Positions 1 to 17,347 of a stretch of DNA of 64,000 nt are shown one piece after another. Source of the stretch: the human T2T-CHM13v2.0 reference genome, Homo sapiens. The stretch lies in assembly GCF_009914755.1 (NCBI RefSeq), contig NC_060947.1. One strand, written 5' to 3'. Both the position numbers and the translations under genes were made by a program. Positions within the stretch are counted from its first letter, which is position 1. Each line of letters starts with the position of its first letter. Under the pieces are notes generated by a model, which saw only the letters and a program-made list of their open reading frames with translations, was not told the DNA's origin and searched no databases.

Positions 1-2
1 AT

Positions 3-386
<384 letters not shown>

Positions 387-479
387 TAAAACTCTCTGAA
401 AGTTCATAGATGTAAGTTATAGTTAGTCCTTGTTTATGACCTTTCTGTGCATTATATAAATAACTGCAAAACTCATTAA

Positions 480-832
<353 letters not shown>

Positions 833-861
833 TTAACCCTTGTTTTCTAAGGCCCCAGTAG

Positions 862-1271
<410 letters not shown>

Positions 1272-2104
1272 TAGAGATTGCACACAGTATGGCAGGGACT
1301 GTAGAATTGTGGGAACTGACAAAGCTGAAGACTTTTAGTAAGTCCCTGCTTGACACCACTATAACCATCTCACATGTAGTATACTACTTCATTGTGACTG
1401 CCCAAAGATCTGTGATTCCCAGCACCATCCCACAGCCAGCTCACCCCTAGCCCCGGTAGAAAGTAGTCTTCTTGCTGAATGAACATTCTTTCGGCTCTTC
1501 AGAACAACCCCTCTCCCCACAGGAGGGTGGAATTGAGGATCTCTAAGAATCCTTTTAACTCTATGCTTATATAATTTCATGTAGATAATATACAAGAGAA
1601 ATGTTTAAAATTTGACCTTTTAATGCTTTTTTAAAAAGTAATGGATTTTTAGAAAGGATTGTACTGAACAAAAGGAGCAAAATATAATATAATCCGTTTC
1701 AGGCCCATAGCCAGGATCAGGTTATAAGCTTAGTAGATGAGTGTAAGAAAGGTGATTCAACAGAAAAGGAGCAGGACTGGTCTAAGAGGGAAGAGCCGCA
1801 CTTGAAATTGGCTTCACAGTGCCCTCTGGAGAAGGGAAAAGTAAGGTAGCAATGGATGGATTGAGCACGTGACCCTGAATAGTTCTTACTGAATAGGGGA
1901 GACAAAATAGAGAGTGGGAGAGAAGGAAGTAAGGTACCATAAGAGATAAGACAATGTTGCAAAAAGGCCAAGAAGGAGAAATTTGTGACTCTCTTACTTA
2001 AATCAGGACATTTCCAAGAAGTATTAAAGACTATCTATTGGAGTGATAGGGCTTAATTATTTTAAGTATTAGCTTGGCCAAATTTTCACTGGTAAATCAG
2101 TCAA

Positions 2105-2180
2105 TCCTCCTTCCCTTCCTCCCTCCCTCCTTTCCTTCCTTCCTTCCCTCCCTCCCTCCTTCCTTCCATCCTTCCTTTTG
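2105..2180. repeat. (CCTT/CCCT)n polypyrimidine tract
   Basis: Direct inspection. Confidence 0.9.
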
Positions 2181-2270
2181 TGCTAAAATTCTTCTCTGAC
2201 TTATGGTACATTTATTTCTGTTACATATCCTATAGTGGTCTTATGTGTGAAGCCTGCATTAATGCACTTA

Positions 2271-2633
<363 letters not shown>

Positions 2634-2662
2634 TTAAGTGTGGTTTAAAAAAGAACATATGT

Positions 2663-3024
<362 letters not shown>

Positions 3025-3321
3025 TCACTTTTGTTAGATATTAATATTCACAGCTTTTAAGGCATTACATGTCTCCAGGTTCAAAATAGGAAAGAGAAAA
3101 GAGCTTAGATTATTTGGCTTTGTCTATCAAGATACTAGAAGAATGTAAACTGAAAACCATACAATTTCTACTTTTGCTATTTTCCAGGCTAGCTCACATT
3201 AGCTCCAATATCATCCTAAAATATGAAGCCAGATTGAGCAATGAAATTGCAATTTTTGATTTCTGCGGGAGGTTCCCACAAAAAAAAAGAAATTGCAATT
3301 CCAATTTTTAAAAAGTTAGTC

Positions 3322-3626
3322 TTTTTTTTGTGGGGCTGGGTGGATGGAGTCTCCCTCTGTCGCCTAGGCTGGAGTGCAGTGGTGCGATTTCAGCTCACTG
3401 CAATCTCTGCCTCCTGAGTTGAAGATATAGATTCTCCTGCCTCAGCCTCCTGAATAGCTGGGACTACAGGTGTGCACCACCATGCCTGGCTAATTTTTGT
3501 ATTTTTAGTAGAGACAGTGTTTCTCCATGTTGGCCAGGCTGGTCTTGAACTCCTGACCTCAAGTGATCCGCATGCATTGCCCTCCCAAAGTGCTGAGATT
3601 ACAGGGGTGAGCCACCGCGACTGGCC
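3322..3626 (-). mobile_element. AluS
   Basis: Antisense Alu consensus. Confidence 0.93.
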
Positions 3627-3689
3627 AAATTAATCTTAAATGTTTTCAAACACTGATCAACATCATTTGAACAAAGCAACTATAATACA

Positions 3690-4000
3690 TTAGGAGATGG
3701 ATGGGAAAATTTGAACACAGACTGGATAATCAGTAATAAAAGATTATCATTAATTTTTTTTACCTTCGCGTCTCCCACTTATCATTAATTTTAGGTGAGA
3801 TAGTGGTATTGTTTGTATGTATTTTTAAGTCTTTATCTTTTACAGATACAAATGGGAGGGGGAATGGATAGGAGTCCAATGAAATAAGATTGGCCATGTA
3901 GTGATAATTGTTGAATCTGAGTAATGGTTATATGGGAGTCCATTATACTACTTGCTCTACTTTTGTACATGTTTAAACATTTTTCATAATAAGCAGTTTA
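3690..4000 (+). mobile_element. Old L1M (L1MC/ME-type) 3' end fragment
   Basis: Motifs such as ttgaatctgagtaatggttatatgggagtccattatactacttgctctacttttgtacatgtttaaacattt. Confidence 0.6.
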
Positions 4001-4037
4001 AAAATTTGATGAAAACTTTTTCTATTTGTGAATTTAA

Positions 4038-4513
<476 letters not shown>

Positions 4514-4723
4514 CCCCACAATCCTTTTTTAATACATACACTGTTTCTGAAACCTTTTATACATAAGCAGTTACTTTGTGCCGTCTGGTAATTTTATGAT
4601 GGCTTTATGGGTAAAGACTTGGGGGACCAACTGTGTAGAAGCAGAGATGGGGAAGTCAGATCTGAATGAATAAAACATATTTATATGCCCCTTGCAGGCT
4701 GAAAGAATAGCTTAGACTGATTA

Positions 4724-5095
<372 letters not shown>

Positions 5096-5289
5096 CTAGT
5101 AGCTGGTAGTGAGAAGGCAGTACACCATAATGAATGACTGAGCATAAGCCAGTCATAGATCCAAATCTCAGTTCAGTCAATCACTAGATGCAATCTTACT
5201 GTATGTTCCAGAGCCTCAGTTTACTCATCTAATCCCCCATATACTGGCGGACTGTTGAAGTTTAAATAAAAGATATGTAGTGTTAGTAC

Positions 5290-5860
5290 ACCAGGTCTGG
5301 CTGTTCAGTCCTTGCATGTCTTCAAGGGAACCCGAAACCATTACTGATCTTTGGCCAACCCCTAGAAATGTGGCCTTCAGAATGTTCTTATGTGAATGGT
5401 TGATGATTATGATTTATACACCTGGAGCAATGGACCAGGCCTCATCAGCTTGTCAGGATTGCTTTGCATAAACATCAACCTATATGAAGTGCATTTGGTT
5501 TCATTTGTGAACCTGTGCTTCAGTTGCTTTGGCTGGTAATGTAGCATGATGTCGCTATGAGCCTGAATCTCGATAAAAGTCTCAGACGAAGAGACTTAAA
5601 CAGTTTTCCCCGGGCAGAGACATTCTGCACATGTCAATGCAGTTTGCTGCTAGAGAGAAAGCATATCCTATGTGGCCCCAGATGGGAAAGTACTCAAAAG
5701 CCTGTCCCTAACCTCTCTGGATTTCTCCTGATATATTTTTCCTGTTGCTCTTAGTCTGTGTAATCTTGCTCTAACAAAACCTTAACCATGAGTATTGAGT
5801 TTTATGAGTCCTCGTGGTGAATCAGCAAACTTGAAGGTGAATTTAGGACCTGTGAAATAT
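5290..5860 (+). mobile_element. Degenerate ERVL-class LTR (MER21/MER68-like)
   Basis: 3' motif ccttaaccatgagtattgagttttatgagtcctcgtggtgaatcagcaaacttgaagg resembles this LTR group. Confidence 0.45.
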
Positions 5861-6365
5861 AAAGGGACTAGTACAGTACCTGAAGAATAATATACAACCA
5901 ATATATGCTTGCTAGTGGCATTTAAATTCTGCCTGCTGGATGTTATAGGGGACAATTGTACTCTGCTAGAATATAGGCTGGGAATACAGGACTTTGCCTG
6001 ATTTTCTCAATGATGCCCTTAGAAGAAGGGAAGGATAACATTTCATCAATGGGAAACCTAGAGGATAAAACTCCAAGATTCTCCTCTGGCTTCCCATCCT
6101 TTCTGACTCAGAGTGGAGAGGTGCCATGTAGAACAAATATGTGGATGAGTAGACCACCAACTGAGACCTTTGGAGAATGCATGCAGGGCAAACTCTTTTA
6201 CCATTTTGAAGAGTAACAAAAACAATGAAAAGCCTCGTTGAGAGTTACGAAATTTAGAACACTTAGACTAATGTTATGGTGCTCCAAGTGTGGGTGCCAC
6301 AGTCTGGATCTTCATTTTAGGTAACAGCCACCAGAGACGATGGTGTTAAAAGTGGTTATCAGGAG

Positions 6366-6699
<334 letters not shown>

Positions 6700-6723
6700 T
6701 CAGCCGGAACCAAGCGAACAGAA

Positions 6724-7084
6724 TGTTTTAGTCTATCCAGGCTGCTATAGTAAAATACCATCAACTGGGTGGCTTATAAACAACCGAAATTTATTGCTCG
6801 CAATTCTGGAGGCTAGGAAGTTCAGATCAAGGCACAAGAGTATTCAGTGAGGGCCGGCTCTATGATGTGTAAGTGGGGTCTTTTCACTGTGTCCTCACAT
6901 TGCGGAAGGGGTGAACTCTAGTCTCTTCAGTCCCTTATAAAGGATTAGTACCCTTATATAGGGCTGAAAGGTACTCACATGACCTAATTACTTCCCAAAG
7001 CCTGATACCTCCTGATACCATCACATAGGGGATTAGGTGTCAACACATCAATTTTGGGGGAACACAAACATTTAGTCCATAGCA
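6724..7084. mobile_element. MaLR solo LTR (MLT1A-like)
   Basis: TG...CA termini; typical ggctgctatagtaaaataccatcaactgggtggcttataaac and aacacaaacatttagtccatagca; near-TSD cagaa/cagag. Confidence 0.8.
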
Positions 7085-7200
7085 CAGAGCTATTTCCAAC
7101 AAGCACTGGGCATGACAGAAAAAGAGTCTTCAACTGTGAGGACTGCACATAAACATTAAAAAATAATTGGATTAGGACTTCAGTTGAGAGCTAATCCTAG

Positions 7201-7555
<355 letters not shown>

Positions 7556-7680
7556 TAGGTTTGTGTGAGTGTATGTTTATGGTTCTTATCCAAGTGACCA
7601 GGTCTAAGTAAGAGACATCAAAAGATCCTTGTGCCCCCTAAAATGAAATAATAATTACAATAGTAATTTATGTCATGCAT

Positions 7681-7686
7681 TTTATT
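7681..7686 (-). terminator. Polyadenylation signal AATAAA of CXorf66
   Basis: tttatt on plus strand, about 150 nt downstream of the stop codon. Confidence 0.7.
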
Positions 7687-7834
7687 GATATTTTTAAAAT
7701 AAATCGCCTCCAAGACAGATATGGGTGATCTTGATAGTGATTTTTCCCTCTACTGGTTTCTTAAGGGATGATGAGCATAAAATAGTTGGTATAAGTTTGC
7801 TCTTTCACACTTGGATTTTATTTTTGTTGAGCTC

Positions 7835-8678
7835 CTAATCATTTAGGGTTACTTCAGAGGTGACTTGATTGTACCCTCTGTCACACGTAATGATTATAAC
7901 TTTATCACTGTCAACCTCACTATAATATTTCATCGTATCACTGTCATTCACATGATCACCGTATGCATTGTTCCTGGAATCTAACTTACGAAAGGACCTG
8001 GAAGAGGACTTGACTTTGCTTGAAACATGTAGGTTTTGAGTGTTTTTCTCCTTTGCCTCAGAAATATCATTGACCAAAGGCCTATAAGTTTTGGCAACAA
8101 GATGTTTTTTCTTGTAGGGTTGACAAGTTTCAGCTAATTCAGAGTTGGATAATAAGGCTGCCCTGCCTAGACTCACTGACCTTTTTGGATTAAAATGTTT
8201 GGGAGGCTTAGCCAATTCCTGTGGACCGAATGGCTTGGATGGTGAGATTTCATTTTGTGGATGAGATGAATAAAGTGGCTTGAATAGCTGAGGTGGCCTG
8301 ACTGGCTTATCTGAACTGGCTAGCTTACACGCATAGTCTAGCTTACATAATTTTTCTAGGCTGCCTTTCTTATGTGCCTTTTCCAGGTGAGATGACTTGC
8401 TTAATTTTTTTGAGCATGATGACTTGGATGACCTTTTTGGATATGATGGCCTAGTTAACTTTCCTGCACTGTTTGGTATGGATGGCTTTTGTAGACTTGA
8501 GGGTCTGATTAATTTTTCTGTGCTGGATTGTGCGGATGCCCTTTCTGGACTCGATGAATCAGATGACTTGTCTGCAGTAGATAGCATGGGTTGTGTTTCT
8601 GGACTGCATTGAGAGGCTGTCTTGGCTTCACTGAATGATGTTTTAGATGACTTGGCTGCTATGCCTTTTTTCTTGACC
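7835..8678 (-). CDS. CXorf66: CXorf66 coding exon 3: Ser/Lys/Pro-rich tail ending VTSEVTLND*
   Basis: Acceptor ctttcAG at 8680-8679; contains the 250-aa ORF 7835..8587; 88+154+844 = 1086 nt = 361 aa + stop. Confidence 0.95.
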
Positions 8679-8822
8679 CTGAAAGTATAGAAAATTTGGA
8701 GTATAATGATTTAAAACAAAAGAGACCTATTACTATTATCGGAGAACGTATGGTACTGCTTAGACCTGTGGTCTTTTGGGGCTTTAATATGAAAACTGAA
8801 CACAGTAAGAATCGGAGTGTGA

Positions 8823-9345
<523 letters not shown>

Positions 9346-10002
9346 TTATTTCAGAATTAAACTTTTTATAAAAAAGTCACAGATTGATAATGTATCACAA
9401 GAAAAAAACTGTAGGAAAAGTCATTGTTTTTGTATCATATTTACAACATCAAGTTATCGGTGCATATTTAAATTCATAACATTCCTCTGAAACTAAAGGA
9501 ATACAGTACTGGTACCACGTTTTAGTCACCAGTCTTTGGAATGGGATATTTTTAGGGAACTAGTATATAAAAGGCAGGCACTGAGATCATGAGAGCAACA
9601 ACAGTGAATAATTTTTCATGTGATTAAGTCTTAAAATGGTAGATTATCCAAAATGTTTTATTGTCTTTGAAAAACAGAGACCCAATTCCCTCTCTCTTTC
9701 TCTTCATTTTCGCACTCTTATTTGGATATTCATGCCCTCTTTTCCTGCACTGAATTTATAATGCAATTAATGTCCTGGAGTTCAGCTGAACCTTGAACAA
9801 GAGACACTTTGGCTGAAGTTAATAATGTACTAGAGAATATTTAAGAGCTGATATAATTTAAGGGAAAATATTCACCTACAAAAGGTTGGTAGCTCTTCAG
9901 AAGTCTAAAGTTAATATTGAGTAACCTGAACAACAATGAAACCTCCGCTATATGTACACACACACACACCTCGCACTCTTAATTTAAAGGAGTAAAACTT
10001 AC

Positions 10003-10156
10003 ATTCCTGCTTTGGACGCATCATCGCTCAGACAATTATAATGGAGATAACAAAAACAGATAAAGACAAAAACCATGATGATAATACCAACTAAAATGAG
10101 TAGATTTCTTCTAAGGTAGTTCAATTTTGTCTGCATTGATTCAACAGGTTTATCTC
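10003..10156 (-). CDS. CXorf66: CXorf66 coding exon 2 (DKPVESMQTKLNYLRRNLLILVGIIIMVFVFICFCYLHYNCLSDDASKAGM): single transmembrane helix
   Basis: Acceptor ctctttgcAG at 10158-10157; donor AT|GTAAGT at 10002; 154 nt open frame; about 20 hydrophobic residues. Confidence 0.93.
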
Positions 10157-10542
10157 CTGCAAAGAGATTGTATAATCAGAGAAGGTGTTAAGTAACCAAG
10201 TTTTTTTCCACATTGATAGTGGTTTGATAGTGTAGATCAAAATAACATTTCTTCATGAATTATTTTTTAAACCTGATTAATTGTACCACTGTTATGTTTT
10301 TACCTCATGGATCCAGCCAGTCCAGAAGCTAAATCTGGGAGGCATCGCTGACTAATCCATACCATTACCTGGGTTATCCCTGAATCTTGGCTTGCTTATC
10401 ACATTACCCAGGTTTTTGAATCTGTGTGTGTGTGTCTTGCATGTATAAGTGTACTTGAGTGTTAACGTGTGTGTGAATGTGTGTGTGTAATTGAAAAAGG
10501 ATGTGATAAAAACAAACCTCTGTTAAAAACCTACTATATGCT

Positions 10543-13500
10543 GGAGATCTGGCAAGATGGCCAAATAGGAACAGCTCTGGTCTGCAGCTCCCAGCGAGAC
10601 CAATGCAGAAGGTGGGTGATATCTGCATTTCCAACTGAGGTACCCAGTTCATCTCACTGGAACTACTTAGGAGTACCCAGTTCATCTCATTGGGACTGCA
10701 ATGGGTGCAGCCCAAGGAGGGCGAGCAGAAGCAGAGTGGGGCATTGCCTCACCTGGGAAGTGCAAGGAGCCAGGGGCCTCCTTCTCCCAGCCAAGGGAAG
10801 CAGTGAGGGACTGTACTATCCAGCCCAGATACTACGCTTTTCCCATGGTTTTGGCAATCCACAGACCAGGAGATTCTCTCGTGTGCCTACAACACCAGGG
10901 CCCTGGGTTTCAAGCACAAAACTGGGTGGCTATTTGGGCAGACACAGAGCTAGCTGTAGCAGTTTTTTTTCCCCCCAGTGGCACCTGGAAGCCCAGTGAG
11001 ACAGAACCATTCACTCTCCTGGAAAGGGGGCTGAACCCAGGGAGCCACGTGGTCTCGCTCAGCAGATCCGACTCCCATGGAGCCCAGCAAGCTAAGATCT
11101 ACTGGCTTGACATTCTCGATGCCAGCACAGCAGTCTGAAGTAGACCCAGGATGATGGAGCTTGGTGGGGGGAGGGGCGTCCACCATTACTGAGGCTTCAG
11201 GAGGCACTTTTCCCCCTGACAGTGCTAAGGAGGCCAGGAAGTTCGGACTGGGTGGAACTCACCACAGCGCTGCAAAGCAACTGTGGCCAGACTGCCTCTC
11301 TAGATTCCTCCTCACTGGGTAGGGCATCTCTGAAAGAAAGGCAACAGCCCCAGTCAGGGGCTTACAGATAAAACTCCCACCTCCCTGGGACAGAGCACCT
11401 GGGGGAACGGGTGGCTGTAGGCACAGTTTCTGCGGATTTAAACATTCCTGCCTGCCAGCTCTGAAGAGAGCAGTGGATTCTGACAAGGAGGATTCTTCCA
11501 GCACAGACCTGCTAAGAGACAGACTGCCTCCTCAAGTGGGTCCCTGACTCCCGTGCCTCCCGGATGGAGAGACCTCCCAGCAGGGGTCAACAGACATCTC
11601 ATACAGGAGAGCTCTGGCTGGCATCAGGCTAGTGCCCCTCTGGGACAAAGCTTCCAGAGGAGGGAGCAGGCAGCAATCTTTGTTGTTCTGCAGCCTCCGC
11701 TGGTGATACCCAGGCAAATAGGGTCTGGAGTGGACCTCCAGCAAACTGCAGCAGACCTGCAGAAGAGGGGCCTGATTGTTAGAAGAAAAACTAAGAAACA
11801 GAAAGCAATAATATCAACATCAACAAAAAGGACCCCCACACAAAAACCCCATCCAAAGGTCATTAGCCTCAAAGATCAAAGGTAGATAAATCCACAAAGA
11901 TGAGGAAAACCCAGCACAAAAATGCTGAAAATTCCAAAAACCAAAATGTCTTTTCTCCTCCAAATGATCACAACTCCTCTCCAGCAAGGGCACAAAACTA
12001 GACAAAGAATGAGTTTGATGAATTGACAGAAGTAGACTTCAGAAGATGGGTAATAACAAACTCCTCTGAGCTAAAGGAGCATGTTCTAACCAAATGCAAG
12101 GAAGCTAAGAACCTTGATAAAAGGTTACAGAAATGGCTAACTAGAATAACCAATTTAGAGAAGAACATAAATGACCTGATGGAGGTGAAAAACACAGCAC
12201 GAGAACTTCGTGATGCATATACAAGTATCAATAGACAAATCAATCAAGCAGAAGAAAGGATATCAGAGATTGAAGATCAACTTACTGAAATAAGGTGTGA
12301 AAACAGGATTAGAGAAAAAAGAATGAAAAACAAAATGAACAAAGCCTCCAAGAAATATGGGACTATGTGAAAAGACCAAACCTACGATTGATTGGTGCAC
12401 CTGAAAGTGACGGGGAGAATGGAACCAAGTTGGAAAACACACTTCAGGATATTATCCAGGAGAACTTCCCCAACCTAGCAAGACAGGCCAACTTTCAAAT
12501 TCAGAAAATACAATGAACACCACTAAGATACTCCTGGAGAAGAGCAACCCCAAGACACATAATCATCAGATTCTCCAAGGTTGAAACGAAGGAAAAAATG
12601 TTAAGCACAGCCAGAGAGAAAGGTCAGATTACCTACAAAGGGAAGCTCATCAAACTAACAGAGGATCTCTCTGCAGAAACTCTACAAGCCAGAAGAGAGT
12701 GGGGGCCAATATTCAACATTCTTAAAGAAAAGAATTTTCAACTCAGAATTTTATATCCAGTCAAACTAAGTTTCATAAATGAAAGAGAAATAAAATCCTT
12801 TCCAGACAAGCAAATACTGAGGGATTTTTGTCACCACCAGGCCTGCCTTACAAGAGCTCCTGAAGGAAGCACTAAATATAGAAAGCAAAAACCAGTACCA
12901 GCCACTGCAGAAACACACCAAAATATAAAGATCAATGACACTATGAAGAAACTGCAACAACTAATGTGCAAAATAACCAACTAGCATCATGATGACAGGA
13001 TCAACTTCACACATAATAATATTAACCTTCAATGTAAATGGTCTAAATGCTCCAATTAAAAGACATAGACTGGCAAATTGGATAAAGAGTCAAGACTCAT
13101 CAGTATGCTGTATTCAGGAGACCCATCACACGTGAAAAGACACACATAGGCTCAAAATAAAGGAATGGAGGAATATTTACCAAGTGAATGGAAAGCCAAA
13201 AAAAGCAGGGGTTGCAATCCTAGCCTCTGAAAAAACGGACTTTAAACCAACAAAGATCAAAAAAGACAAACAAGGGCATTACATAATGGTAAAGGTATCA
13301 ATGCAACAAGAAGAGCCAACTATCCTAAATAGATATGCACCCAATACAGGAGCACCCAGATTCATACAACAAACTCTTAGACACCTACAAAGAGACTTAG
13401 ACTCCCACACAATAATAGTGGGAAACTTTAACATCCCACTGTCAATATTAGACAGATCAATGAGACAGAAAATTAACAAGGATATTCACAACTTGAACTC

Positions 13501-16500
13501 AGCTCTGGACCAAGTGGACCTAATAGAACTCTCCAACCCAAATCAACAGAATATACATTCTTCTCAGCACCACATAGCACTTATTCTAAAACCAACCACG
13601 TGATTGGAAGTAAAACACTCCTCAGCAAATGCAAAAGAACGGAAATCATAACGAATGGTCTTTCAGATCACAGTGCAATCAAATTAGAACTCAGGTTTAA
13701 GAAACTCACTCAAAACCACACAACTACATGGAAACTGAACAACCTGCTCCTGAATGACCGCTGGGTACATAACAAAATTAAGTCAGAAATAAAGAAGTTC
13801 TTTGAAACTAATGAGATCAAAGAATCAACGTACCAGCATCTCTGGGACACAGCTAATACAGTGTTAAGTGGGAAATTTATAGCACTAAATGCCCACATCA
13901 GAAAGCAGAAAAGATCTGAAATTGACACCCTAATATCACAATTAAAAGAACTAGAGAAGCAAGAGCAAACTCATTCAAAAGCTAGCAGAAGACAGGAAAT
14001 AATTAAGATCAGAGCAGAACTGAAGGAGATAGACACATGAAAAACCCTTCAAAAAAATCAATGAATCCAGGAGCTGGTTTATTGAAAACATTAATAAAAT
14101 ATATAGACCACTAGCCAGACTGATAAAGAAGAAAAGAGAGAAGAATCAAATAGACACAATAAAAAATAATAAAGGGGGTATCACCAATGATCCTACAGAA
14201 ATACAAACTACCATCAGAGAATAGTATAAACACCTCTATGCAAATAAACTAGAAAATCTAGAAGAAATGGATAAATTCCTGGACACACACATTCTCCCAA
14301 GACTAAACTAGGAAGAAGTCAAGTCTGTGAATAGACCAATAACAAGTTCTGAAATTGAGGCAGTAATTAATAGCCTACCAACCAAAAAAAGCCCAGGACC
14401 AGACAATTCACAGCCAAATTCTACCAGAGGTACAAATAGGAGCTGGTACCATTCCTTCTGAAACTATTTTAAATAATAGAAAAAGAGGGACTCCTCCCTA
14501 ACTCGTTTTATGAGGCCGGCGTCATCCTGATATGAAAACCTGGCAGAGACACAACAAAAAAAGAAAATTTCAGGTCAATATCCCTGATGAACATTGATGC
14601 TAAAATTCTCAATAAAATACTGGCAAACCGAATCCAGCAGCACATCAAACAGCTTATCCACCACCATCAAGTCGGCTTCATCCCTGGGATGCAAGGCTGG
14701 TTCAACAAACGTAAATCAATAAATGTAATCCATCACATAAACAGAACCAATTACAAAAGCCACATGATTATCTCAATAGATGCAGCAAAGGCCTTTGATA
14801 AAATTCAACACCCCTTCATGCTAAAAACTCTCAATAAACTAGGTATTGATGGAACATATCTCAAAATAATAAGAGCTATTTATGACAAACCCATAGCCAA
14901 TATCATACTGAATGGGCAAAAGCTGGAAGCATCCCCTTTGAAAACCTGCACAAGACAAGGATGCCCTCTCACCACTCCTATTCAACATAGTATTGGAACT
15001 TCTGGCCAGGGCAATCGGGCCAGAAATAAAAGCGTATTCAAATAGAAAGAAAGTCAAATTGTCTCTGTTTGCAGATGACATGATTGTATATTTAGAAAAT
15101 CCCATCATCTTAGCCCAAAATCTCCTTAAGCTGATAAACAAATTCAGCAAAGTCTCAGGATACAAAATCAATGTCCAAAAATCACAAGGATTCCTATACA
15201 TCAATAATAGATAAGCAGAGAGCCAAATCATAAGTGAACTCCCATTCACAATTACTACAAAGAGAATAAAATACCTAGGAATACAACTTACAAGAGATGT
15301 GAAGGAACTCTTCAAGGAGAACTACAAACCACTGCTCAAGGAAATAAGAGAGGTCACAAACAAATGGAAAAACATTCCATGCTCATGGATAGGAAGAATC
15401 AATATCGTGAAAATGGCCATACTGCCTGAAGTAATTTATAGATTCAATGCTATTCCCATCAAGCTACCACTGACTTTCTTCACAGAATTAGAAAAAACTA
15501 CTTTAAATCTCATATGGAACCAAAAAAGAGTCTGTATAGCAAAGACAATCCTAAGCAAAAAGAACAAAGCTGGAGGCATCACTCTACCTTACTTCAAACT
15601 ATACTACAAGGCTACAGTAACCAAAACAGTATGGTGCTGGTACCAAAACAGATACATAGACCAAAGGAACAAAACAGAGGCCTCAGAAATGACACCACAC
15701 ATTTAAAGCCATCTGATCTTTGACAAACCTGACAAAAACAAGTAATGGGGAAAGGATTCCCTATTTAATAAACGGTGCTGACAAAACTGGCTAGCCATGT
15801 GCAGAAAACAGAAACTGGATCCCTTTTTTACACCTTATTCAAAAATTAACTCAAGATGGATTAAAGACTTCAATGTAAAACCTAAAACCATAAAAACCCT
15901 AGAAGAAAACCTAGGCAATACCATTCAGGACATAGGCATGGGCAAAGGCTTCATGACTAAAACACCAAAAGCAATGGCAACAAAAGCCAAAATTGACAAA
16001 TGGAATCTAATTAAACTAAAGAGCTTCTGCACAGCAAAAGAAACTATCATCAGAGTAAACACGCAACCTACAGAATGGGAGAAAATTTTTACAATCTATC
16101 CATCTGAGAAAGGGCTAATATCCAGAATCTATAAGGAACTTAAACAAATTTACAAGAAAAAACAAACACCCCCATCAAAAAGTTGGCGAAGGATACGAAC
16201 AGACACTTCTCAAAAGAAGACATTTATGTGGTCAACAAACATATGAAAAAAAGCTCATCATCACTGGTCATTAGAGAAATGCAAATCAAAACCACAATGA
16301 GATACCATCTCATGCCAGTTAAAATGGTGATCATTAAAAAGTCTGGAAACAACAGATGCTGATGAGGGGAGGAGAAATAGGAACGCTTTTACACTGTTGG
16401 TTGGAGTGTAAATTAGTTCAACCACTGTGGAAGACAGTGTGGCAATCCCTCAAGGATCTAGAACCAGAAATACCATTTGACCCAGCAATCCCATTACTGG

Positions 16501-17036
16501 ATATATACCCAAAGGATTATAAATCATTCTACTGTAAAGACGCATACACACGTATGTTTATTGCAGCACTATTTACAATAGCAAAGACCTGGAACCAACC
16601 CAAATGCCCATCAATGATAGACTGGTTTAAGAAAATGTGGCACATATACACCATGGAATACTATGCAGCCATAAAAAAGAATGAGTTCATGTCCTGTGCA
16701 GGGACATGGGTAAAGCTGGAAACCATCATTCTCAGCAAACTAACAGAGGAACAGAAAACCAAACACTTCATTTTCTCACTCATAAGTGGGAGTTGAACAA
16801 TGAGAACACATGGACACAGGGAGAGGAACATCACACACTGGGGCCTGTTGTGGGGGTTGGGGGCAAGGGGAGGGAGAGGATTAGGACAAATACCTAATGC
16901 ATGTGGGGCTTAAAACCTAGATAATGGGTTGACAGGTGCAGCAAACCACCATGGCACATGTATACCTATGTAACAAACCTGCACGTTCTGCACATGTATC
17001 CCAGAACTTGAAGTAAAAAAAACAAAAAACAAAAAT
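10543..17036 (+). mobile_element. Full-length L1PA7/8-type LINE-1 in CXorf66 intron 1, antisense to the gene; ORF1 and ORF2 disrupted
   Basis: 5'UTR starts ggcaagatggccaaataggaacag; ORF1/ORF2 fragments in the ORF track with many stops; PA7-like 3'UTR; degenerate TSD aaaaacctactatatgct (10525) vs aaacccctactgtatgtt (17037); TT/AAAA target. Confidence 0.95.
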
Positions 17037-17347
17037 AAACCCCTACTGTATGTTAAGTCCCTTGCCAGATTCATTTATATAGTATTAGCTAGTTTGGTGG
17101 GGACAGGTTGGTATATTGAGTGGGGAAGGGTGGTAAAGGAGGACCATAAGTCTGTCATCTTGATGCTTATATTTTGCTTAAGTTTTTTAATATCAGCTGT
17201 TGTATTAGAAATTCTTGAAGACCTACTAATGTTAACACTGCTAAAAGTAACAGCAGATTTCTTAAATACAGCTGGCGTTTCTAATTAAATACTTTAATGT
17301 ATACTGTAACAGATCATAATTTACAAGTTTTAAGGTTAGGCACCTAC

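Noticed and set aside
8397-8612. 71-aa plus-strand ORF overlapping CXorf66 exon 3
   Set aside because: Antisense shadow of a repetitive coding exon; non-ATG start and no independent support.
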